In this document: positions 57,505-64,000 of the stretch, piece by piece | Layout of the letters: each line of letters begins with the position of its first letter | Numbering within the stretch: the first letter of the stretch is position 1 | Source: Bacteroidales bacterium | GTDB taxonomy: Bacteria; Bacteroidota; Bacteroidia; Bacteroidales; UBA12077 | Assembly (NCBI GenBank): GCA_027859205.1 | Contig: JAQIBH010000018.1 | Location: 404-64,403 of the forward strand | Length of the DNA stretch: 64,000 nucleotides | Direction of reading: 5' to 3' | Program-made: the position numbers and the translations under genes | Notes under the pieces: generated by a model | Seen by the model: the letters and a program-made list of their open reading frames with translations, nothing else | What the model was told of the DNA's origin: nothing | Databases searched by the model: none

Positions 57505-60084
57505 ATGAGTGTAAAAGGAATGGCAACAGGTGGAAAAACAAGCAAGATATCACAAGAAAAAACAAAGCAAAGGACATTTACTTTTGATGAGGCTTTTAGT
57601 AGCTCAAAAGAATATTTTGGTGGAGATGAGCTAGCGGCGCGTGTTTGGGCTAATAAATATGCTTTAAAGGATTCTTATGGAAATTTGTTTGAAAAGAATC
57701 CTGATGAAATGCATATTAGACTTGCTAAGGAAATAGCAAGAATTGAAAAGTCTTATCCAAATTCAATGTCTGAAGAAAAGATATATGGAATTTTAAAAGA
57801 TTTTAAATATATAATACCGCAGGGTGGCCCAATGTCGGGCATTGGCAACAAATATCAGATAGCATCATTGTCAAACTGTTTTGTAATTGGTCATTCAAAT
57901 CCAGCCGATTCATATGGTGGTATTATGAAAATAGATCAAGAACAAGTGCAATTAATGAAACGCCGCGGTGGAGTAGGACATGATCTTTCACATATTCGTC
58001 CACAGGGAAGTCCTGTTTTAAATAGCGCGCTTACTTCAACAGGAGTAGTTCCATTTATGGAGAGATATTCTAATTCAACTCGTGAAGTTGCCCAAGATGG
58101 ACGAAGAGGAGCTCTTATGTTAAGTATTTCCAGTAAACATCCGGATGCCGAGAAATTTATTGATGCTAAGTTAGAATCAGGAAAAGTTACAGGAGCAAAT
58201 ATTTCTGTACGAATAGATGATGCGTTTATGCAATCGGTTGTTAATAATAAACCTTATACACAACAATATCCGATTGAATCTAATGAACCGACATTTAAAC
58301 AGGATGTTGACGCAGGTAAAATATGGGAAAAAATTGTACATAATGCATGGAAATCAGCAGAGCCTGGAATTCTTTTCTGGGATACTATAATAAACGAATC
58401 CGTAGCCGATAGTTATTCTGATGTAGGATATAAAACAGTGTCTACTAATCCATGTGGCGAGATACCTCTGTGTCCTTACGATAGTTGTAGATTAATAGCT
58501 ATAAATCTATTCAGTTATGTCGAGAACCCTTTCATGCCTGATGCAAAATTCAATTTCGAATTGTTTAAGGAACATGTTGGATATGCTCAAAGAATAATGG
58601 ATGATATTATTGATCTTGAGTTAGAAAAGATTGATGCTATTTTAAATAAGATTGAGCGTGATTCTGAAGATTATGAAATAAAAATGGTTGAAGATAAGCT
58701 TTGGAGAAATATACGCAAGAAAGCAGCGGAGGGAAGAAGAACCGGTGTTGGAATTACAGCCGAAGGAGATATGCTTGCAGCTTTAGGTTTACGTTACGGG
58801 AGTGAAATTGCAGTTGATTTTTCAGAAGAAGTTCATAAAACATTAGCTATAGCAGCGTATCGATCATCAATTGATATGGCAAAAGAGCGTGGTGCATTTG
58901 AAATTTTCGATGCTCAAAAGGAAAAGGAAAATCCGTTTATTTTAAGACTGAAAGATCAAGATGAGCAGTTATATGCAGATATGGTTCAATACGGTAGAAG
59001 AAATATTGCTTTGTTAACAATAGCTCCAACAGGAACAACAAGTTTAATGACGCAAACCACATCTGGAATTGAACCAGTGTTTATGCCTGTTTATAAAAGA
59101 AGAAGAAAAGTAAATCCAAATGATCCGGAGTCAACAATTTCTTTTATAGATGAAATTGGGGATTCATGGGAAGAATATAATGTTTTCCACCACAAATTTC
59201 TTGACTGGTTAAATATTAACGGATATAATTCGGAGGAAGTAAAAACAATGTCGGATGAAGATATTGAGACTGTTATTGAAAAGACCCCTTATTATAAAGC
59301 AACCTCCAATGATGTTGATTGGGTAAGCAAGGTTAAAATGCAAGGAAGAATTCAAAAATGGGTTGATCACTCAATAAGTGTAACAATTAATCTGCCTGCA
59401 GATGCTACAGAGGATTTAGTTGGACAGTTATATGTTACAGCATGGGAAAGTGGATGTAAAGGAGTTACTGTATATCGTGAAGGTTGTCGTTCCGGAGTAT
59501 TAATTTCAAATAAAAAAGAAAAGAAAGAGGAAGTCCTGATAAGTAAAAGACCAAAAAAATTAAAAGCGGAGATAATCAGATTTAGTAATGATGATGAAAA
59601 GTGGATTGCATTTGTTGGATTAAAAGATAATCGACCTTATGAGATTTTTACAGGCCTTGCAGATGAGGAAATGTTTCCTATTCCAAAATCAATTAAAAGA
59701 GGTGAAATTCTAAAGGTAAAAGATACAGAAGGTAGGAGTCGTTATGATTTTCAATATATCGATAAATATGGATATGAAAACACTATGGGAGGTCTGTCTC
59801 ACATGTTTCAAGAAGAATTCTGGAATTATGCAAAATTAATTTCCGGAGTATTAAGGCATGGAATGCCTATACCAGGAGTTGTTCATTTGATACAATCATT
59901 AAGATTGGACAGCGAAACAATAAATACTTGGAAAAATGGGGTAGAAAGAGCTTTGAAAAGATATATTCCAGATGGTACTAAGCCTAAAACAGGAACAAAA
60001 TGCCTGGAATGTGATTCTAATAATGTAATTTATCAGGAGGGATGTCTTATTTGTACAGATTGTGGACATTCAAAATGTGGGTAA
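57505..60084 (+). CDS. nrdJ: adenosylcobalamin-dependent (class II) ribonucleotide reductase
   Basis: TNPCGEIPL active-site loop, SNCF block, single-chain 859 aa, and a C-terminal Cys-rich tail CLECDSNNVIYQEGCLICTDCGHSKCG. Confidence 0.9.
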   Translation: MSVKGMATGGKTSKISQEKTKQRTFTFDEAFSSSKEYFGGDELAARVWANKYALKDSYGNLFEKNPDEMHIRLAKEIARIEKSYPNSMSEEKIYGILKDFKYIIPQGGPMSGIGNKYQIASLSNCFVIGHSNPADSYGGIMKIDQEQVQLMKRRGGVGHDLSHIRPQGSPVLNSALTSTGVVPFMERYSNSTREVAQDGRRGALMLSISSKHPDAEKFIDAKLESGKVTGANISVRIDDAFMQSVVNNKPYTQQYPIESNEPTFKQDVDAGKIWEKIVHNAWKSAEPGILFWDTIINESVADSYSDVGYKTVSTNPCGEIPLCPYDSCRLIAINLFSYVENPFMPDAKFNFELFKEHVGYAQRIMDDIIDLELEKIDAILNKIERDSEDYEIKMVEDKLWRNIRKKAAEGRRTGVGITAEGDMLAALGLRYGSEIAVDFSEEVHKTLAIAAYRSSIDMAKERGAFEIFDAQKEKENPFILRLKDQDEQLYADMVQYGRRNIALLTIAPTGTTSLMTQTTSGIEPVFMPVYKRRRKVNPNDPESTISFIDEIGDSWEEYNVFHHKFLDWLNINGYNSEEVKTMSDEDIETVIEKTPYYKATSNDVDWVSKVKMQGRIQKWVDHSISVTINLPADATEDLVGQLYVTAWESGCKGVTVYREGCRSGVLISNKKEKKEEVLISKRPKKLKAEIIRFSNDDEKWIAFVGLKDNRPYEIFTGLADEEMFPIPKSIKRGEILKVKDTEGRSRYDFQYIDKYGYENTMGGLSHMFQEEFWNYAKLISGVLRHGMPIPGVVHLIQSLRLDSETINTWKNGVERALKRYIPDGTKPKTGTKCLECDSNNVIYQEGCLICTDCGHSKCG

Positions 60085-60116
60085 ATAATTCTAAGAGCTT
60101 AAGTAATATTTTAATG

Positions 60117-60142
60117 AACCCGGTTATGTGCCGGGTTTTTTC
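60117..60142 (+). terminator. rho-independent terminator of nrdJ
   Basis: Stem AACCCGG (60117-60123) / CCGGGTT (60131-60137) followed by TTTTTC. Confidence 0.75.
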
Positions 60143-60249
60143 ATGTTATAAAATAGAATTCTTATAAAAGGCATTTATGAATTTCGTAAAGAAGCATTTA
60201 TACCTTATTTTTGTCTTATAAATTTATCAATTAAAAAACTTAACATATT

Positions 60250-61284
60250 ATGGCTAATAAAATGAAAGCTCTTGTAAAGTCAAAACCAGAAAGAGGTTTA
60301 TGGATGGAAGAGGTTGATATTCCGGAATTTGGAGCTAATGACATTCTTATTAAAGTTAAAAAATCAGCTATTTGTGGAACCGACTTACATATATATCGCT
60401 GGGATGAATGGTCTCAAAATACGATTAAAACACCAATGACAATTGGTCACGAATATGTAGGAACAGTTGCTGAAATGGGTGTTGGAGTAACAGGTTTTAC
60501 AATAGGCGAGCGAGTAACAGGTGAAGGGCATATTGCTTGTGGACATTGTAGAAATTGTAGACGTGGGCGTCAGCACGTGTGCGAAAATACTGTTGGAATA
60601 GGAGTAAATATAAATGGATCGTTCGCAGAGTACGTAAAAGTACCAGCTTCAAATGTTATGAAAATGAATCCTGCTATTTCCGATGATATGCTGGCAATTA
60701 TGGATCCTTTTGGGAACGCGGCTCATACTGCGCTTTCTTGGCCTTTACTAGGTGAAGATGTGCTAGTTACAGGTTCTGGTTTAATTGGCAGTATGTGTGT
60801 TGCTATAGCGAAATTTGCTGGAGCGCGTTATGTGGTTGCCACTGAAATGAATGAATATAGAATAGAGCTTGCAAAGAAAATGGGTGCTACAAGAGTAGTA
60901 AATCCTTTAAAGGAAAACCTTAGTGATGTGATTAAAGAACTTGATATGGTTGGTTTTGACATCGGATTGGAATGTTCGGGATCACCTCATGCTTTTGATG
61001 ATATGCTAAATCATATGTATAATTCGGGTAAAATATCATTGTTAGGGATATTACCTCCGAAAACAGGAATCAATTGGGATAAAGTGATTTTTAAAGGACT
61101 TACTCTGAAAGGTATTTATGGAAGAGAGATGTTTGAAACATGGTATAAAATGGAACAAATGCTCCATTCGGGTTTAGATTTAAGTCCAATTATTTCGCAC
61201 CAATTTCCAATTGAAGAATTCGAGAAAGGATTCCAAATAATGGATGAAGGAAATTGTGGAAAAGTTATATTGAACTGGGAGTAA
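60250..61284 (+). CDS. tdh: L-threonine 3-dehydrogenase
   Basis: [22 protein letters not shown], Zn-ADH motifs [14 protein letters not shown] and [10 protein letters not shown]. 344 aa. An alternative start is ATG 60262. Confidence 0.9.
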   Translation: MANKMKALVKSKPERGLWMEEVDIPEFGANDILIKVKKSAICGTDLHIYRWDEWSQNTIKTPMTIGHEYVGTVAEMGVGVTGFTIGERVTGEGHIACGHCRNCRRGRQHVCENTVGIGVNINGSFAEYVKVPASNVMKMNPAISDDMLAIMDPFGNAAHTALSWPLLGEDVLVTGSGLIGSMCVAIAKFAGARYVVATEMNEYRIELAKKMGATRVVNPLKENLSDVIKELDMVGFDIGLECSGSPHAFDDMLNHMYNSGKISLLGILPPKTGINWDKVIFKGLTLKGIYGREMFETWYKMEQMLHSGLDLSPIISHQFPIEEFEKGFQIMDEGNCGKVILNWE

Positions 61285-61294
61285 AATAAATAAA

Positions 61295-62830
61295 ATGGAT
61301 AATAGAAAAGTAAGAGTAAGGTTTGCACCAAGTCCGACAGGACCACTGCATATTGGAGGCGTTAGAACAGCATTGTTTAATTATCTTTTTGCAAAAAAAA
61401 ATAATGGCCAGTTTATTTTAAGAATTGAAGATACAGATCAATCTAGATATGTTGATGGAGCAGAAGATTATATTATCGCATCGTTAAAATGGTGCGGAAT
61501 AAAAATTGATGAAGGAATAGAAGAAGGGGGACCTTATGGGCCATATCGCCAGTCGGATAGAAAAGAATTATATAAAGAATTTGCTGAAAATTTAATTAAT
61601 TCGGGGAATGCATATTATGCTTTTGATACTGCTGAGGAATTGGAAGCAATGAGATTGAGATTGAAGGAAGAGAAAAGTAGTGTTCAACAATATAATGCTC
61701 TTACCAGAGATAAAATGAGGAATTCTCTGGCTTTATCTGATGAAGAAACAAAGAAACATCTAATGGATAAAGTACCTTATGTTATTAGATTTAAAATGCA
61801 GAAAAATGAAGAAGTAGTTGTTGAGGATATTATTAGGGGAACAGTAAAAGTAAATACAGATCAGTTAGATGATAAAGTATTATTTAAATCTGATGGAATG
61901 CCTACATATCATTTAGCCAATGTGGTTGATGATCATTTAATGAAAATTTCGCATGTTATTCGTGGGGAGGAATGGCTACCTTCTTTACCGCTACATGTAT
62001 TATTATATAGAGCTTTTGGTTGGGATGATTCAAAACCAGAGTTTGCTCATCTTCCATTATTATTAAAACCAAGTGGAAAAGGCAAGCTAAGTAAGAGAGA
62101 CGGCGATGCTTTAGGTTTTCCTGTATTTCCGTTAGAATGGACTGATCCAGAAACTAATGAAATATCACGAGGATATCGTGAGGACGGTTATTTCCCTGAG
62201 TCTTTCGTAAACATGTTGGCCTTGTTAGGATGGAATCCGGGTACAGAAGAAGAAATTTTTTCTTTGCGAGACCTTACTTCTGTTTTTGATTTACAGAAAG
62301 TACATAAGGCTGGTGCAAAATTTGATCACGAAAAAGCAAAATGGTTCAATCATAAATATTTAGTTGTAAAAGCTGATGAGAAATTAGCAAGAGAATACCA
62401 GCTTATTCTGAAAGAGAAAGAAATAAAAGTTGAAGATAGTTTCGTTATAAAAATTGTTAAGTTGATTAAAGAACGAGCTAATTTTGTTTCTGATTTCTGG
62501 GATCAATCTTATTTCTTTTTTCAAGCTCCACAAGAGTACGATAGAAAAGTGATAAAAAAGCGATGGAAAGAAAATACTCCAGAAATACTTTCGGAATTAA
62601 AAAAGCAATTAAAAGAGCTTGAAAACTTTGACCAGTTTAATATGGAGAAATTAATTCAGGATTTTCTCGAAGGGAAAGAATATGGAATGGGACAAGTAAT
62701 GAATCCTTTTAGATTAACTCTTGTTGGCACTGGAATTGGACCGAGTGTATTAGAAATTGCTGAATTGATTGGTAAACAAGAAACCTTAAACAGATTACAA
62801 GCTGGGATTGATAATATAAAAAGAAAATAA
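61295..62830 (+). CDS. gltX: glutamate--tRNA ligase
   Basis: RFAPSPTGPLHIGGVRTALFNY (HIGH) and KLSKR (KMSKS-type). 511 aa. Confidence 0.95.
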   Translation: MDNRKVRVRFAPSPTGPLHIGGVRTALFNYLFAKKNNGQFILRIEDTDQSRYVDGAEDYIIASLKWCGIKIDEGIEEGGPYGPYRQSDRKELYKEFAENLINSGNAYYAFDTAEELEAMRLRLKEEKSSVQQYNALTRDKMRNSLALSDEETKKHLMDKVPYVIRFKMQKNEEVVVEDIIRGTVKVNTDQLDDKVLFKSDGMPTYHLANVVDDHLMKISHVIRGEEWLPSLPLHVLLYRAFGWDDSKPEFAHLPLLLKPSGKGKLSKRDGDALGFPVFPLEWTDPETNEISRGYREDGYFPESFVNMLALLGWNPGTEEEIFSLRDLTSVFDLQKVHKAGAKFDHEKAKWFNHKYLVVKADEKLAREYQLILKEKEIKVEDSFVIKIVKLIKERANFVSDFWDQSYFFFQAPQEYDRKVIKKRWKENTPEILSELKKQLKELENFDQFNMEKLIQDFLEGKEYGMGQVMNPFRLTLVGTGIGPSVLEIAELIGKQETLNRLQAGIDNIKRK

Positions 62831-63013
62831 TCAGAGTTTGTAATTAGGTCCTCGAAGATTCTAACTCATTTGCCAATTTCTAATGAAAATGCTGTAGTAG
62901 ATGATGGGCAAAATGAAAATAAGAGATCAATGGTAGGTACTAATTCTTATATGCCACCAGTTTATGGTTGTTATTGTGCTTCGGTTGTTATAAGAGATTT
63001 AACTGAATTATAA
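62831..63013 (+). pseudogene. possible C-terminal remnant of a ThiF/TcdA-family (tRNA t6A dehydratase) gene
   Basis: An open frame with no start codon runs from the gltX stop. It ends ...NKRSMVGTNSYMPPVYGCYCASVVIRDLTEL*, which resembles the C-terminus of Bacteroidota TcdA-like proteins as I recall them. No N-terminal part is present. Confidence 0.35.
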
Positions 63014-63075
63014 TTTCTAAAAATAATTGAACTACATTTGGCGAAGATTGTTTTAATAAAGAAGACTAAAAAATA

Positions 63076-63159
63076 ATGATGAAAATAAAAATGCATAGAA
63101 ACTGTTGTTGTTGCGATTATTCGGAACGGGAAAGGTATTCTTTGTATTTAATGATATAA
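63076..63159 (+). CDS. candidate leader peptide with four consecutive Cys codons
   Basis: ATG ATG AAA ATA AAA ATG CAT AGA AAC TGT TGT TGT TGC GAT TAT ... TAA translates to MMKIKMHRNCCCCDYSERERYSLYLMI. It has an A-rich upstream context, and a -7-like TACATTTG lies at 63033-63040. Confidence 0.45.
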   Translation: MMKIKMHRNCCCCDYSERERYSLYLMI

Positions 63160-63182
63160 TTAATAATTATAGATTAATTCGA

Positions 63183-63209
63183 GCCTTTCCTTTTGGAAAG
63201 GCTTTTTTT
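63183..63209 (+). terminator. rho-independent terminator between the Cys-rich leader ORF and cysE
   Basis: Stem GCCTTTCC (63183-63190), loop TTTT, GGAAAGGC (63195-63202), then T7 (63203-63209). It ends 14 nt before the cysE ATG. Confidence 0.65.
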
Positions 63210-63223
63210 ATGTAAAAATTTTA

Positions 63224-64000
63224 ATGATGGAAGAACAAGAATTTTTGAGAAAATTGGGTATTTGTAATCAGCAATTATCAGGTAATTATCCTACAAAAGA
63301 ATTAGCACTAAAATTCCTGAATCAATTGACTAATATACTTTTCCCAGTGGATGGAGAAGTAATTTTAAGTACAGCTGAAATGGATACACAATGGAAGCAA
63401 TTAAAGCTTCTACTAATGGAATTACTTTCGCCAATTAGATCGTTTCAATCTAAATCGGAAAACGAGTTAGTAGAAGAATATTTTCGAAAAATTCCAGAAA
63501 TATATAATCAATTGAATGGAGATGCAAAAGCTATATTCGAATTTGATCCAGCAGCACATTCTTTGGAAGAAATTATTTTGGCTTATCCGGGTTTTCAGGC
63601 GATAATGACCTACCGCTTGGCACATCCTTTATATCAATTAAGAATACCAATTTTACCTCGAATGTTGTCTGAATTTGCTCACACAAATACAGGAATTGAT
63701 ATTAATCCAGGTGCAACAATTGGAAAATCATTTTTTATTGATCACGGAACAGGAATTGTAATTGGCGAAACTACCGTAATAGGAGATAATGTAAAAATTT
63801 ATCAGGGAGTAACGCTCGGGGCGTTAAATGTTCGTAAAGAAGACGCAAAGAAAAAGCGACATCCTACAATTGAAGATAATGTAATTGTGTATTCAGGAAC
63901 AACAATTCTTGGTGGGAATACAGTTATTGGGCACGATAGTGTTGTGGGTGGTAATGTGTGGTTAACTAAAAGTATAGAACCATATTCTGTGGTTAGCAAT
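63224..64000 (+). CDS. cysE: serine O-acetyltransferase (EpsC/CysE type), 3' end beyond the window
   Basis: Absent from the ORF track because it runs off the edge. Hand translation is open for 259 codons: MMEEQEFLRKLG...AYPGFQAIMTYRLAH...GIDINPGATIGKSFFIDHGTGIVIGETTVIGDNVKIYQGVTLG...RHPTIEDNVIVYSGTTILGG. This is the left-handed beta-helix hexapeptide pattern of SAT. Confidence 0.9.
   Translation, partial: MMEEQEFLRKLGICNQQLSGNYPTKELALKFLNQLTNILFPVDGEVILSTAEMDTQWKQLKLLLMELLSPIRSFQSKSENELVEEYFRKIPEIYNQLNGDAKAIFEFDPAAHSLEEIILAYPGFQAIMTYRLAHPLYQLRIPILPRMLSEFAHTNTGIDINPGATIGKSFFIDHGTGIVIGETTVIGDNVKIYQGVTLGALNVRKEDAKKKRHPTIEDNVIVYSGTTILGGNTVIGHDSVVGGNVWLTKSIEPYSVVSN

Noticed and set aside
1302-63999. 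About 40 short ORFs of 61-143 aa in the track that lie inside, and mostly antisense to, long well-supported genes. Examples: 1302-1487, 3403-3615, 3882-4136, 10194-10388, 10834-11037, 12571-12795, 18453-18704, 19833-20219, 21677-21937, 23715-23951, 27282-27527, 27615-28046, 28258-28479, 30574-30972, 32008-32304, 33427-33723, 35465-35755, 36124-36513, 36794-37072, 42279-42473, 46559-46787, 49837-50076, 50272-50472, 54701-54895, 56002-56232, 60385-60576, 61116-61346, 63802-63999.
   Set aside because: They are shadow frames of AT-rich coding sequence. Each is fully nested in a gene with clear family motifs. Their translations are low-complexity or hydrophobic-looking with no motifs. None has its own intergenic context.
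1-64000. CRISPR arrays, tRNA/rRNA genes, IS elements, integrases, prophage or toxin-antitoxin modules.
   Set aside because: I looked for regularly spaced direct repeats, tRNA T-arm-like GTTCGAATC motifs, transposase or recombinase-like ORFs, and small paired ORFs. None were found. The only repeats are coding duplications (PGK, SPOR units) and short hairpins.

Overview
AT-rich (roughly 30% GC by eye) chromosomal segment whose gene content points to a Bacteroidota genome: T9SS/gliding genes gldH, sprE/porW and porX, an S46 dipeptidyl-peptidase, TonB-dependent receptors, a DUF4834 protein, and A-rich start contexts without Shine-Dalgarno sequences. I call about 46 protein-coding genes. Nearly all are housekeeping (trpS, gltX, rnhA, rnhB, rlmN, trmB, tsaE, holB, nrdJ, tdh, waaA, Fe-S carriers) or envelope-related (Wza/Wzc, flippase, GT4, sulfotransferase, two TonB-dependent receptors, a 1151-aa outer-membrane protein). 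I could not recognise any rRNA, tRNA, CRISPR array, transposase, integrase or defence island. Two ORFs that run off the window edges are missing from the supplied track and were added by hand translation: a lipoprotein at 1-898 (-) and serine acetyltransferase at 63224-64000 (+). The observations most worth follow-up are: (1) a 27-codon leader ORF with four consecutive Cys codons, followed by a terminator and a possible antiterminator, directly upstream of serine acetyltransferase, which is a candidate cysteine-sensing attenuator; (2) a phosphoglycerate kinase locus holding an in-frame head-to-tail PGK-PGK fusion (794 aa), a decayed third PGK C-terminus, and a divergent PGK-like paralog that has the only canonical Shine-Dalgarno I saw at the start codons I inspected; (3) an unexplained G-rich island of about 95 nt (about 54% GC) between a flippase and a sulfotransferase gene; (4) several candidate operators and leaders (a perfect palindrome upstream of a TrmB-type regulator, a Fur-like box upstream of zupT, an orphan terminator, and a hairpin in the nrdJ leader). 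All functional calls rest on motif recognition by eye. No database search was run.
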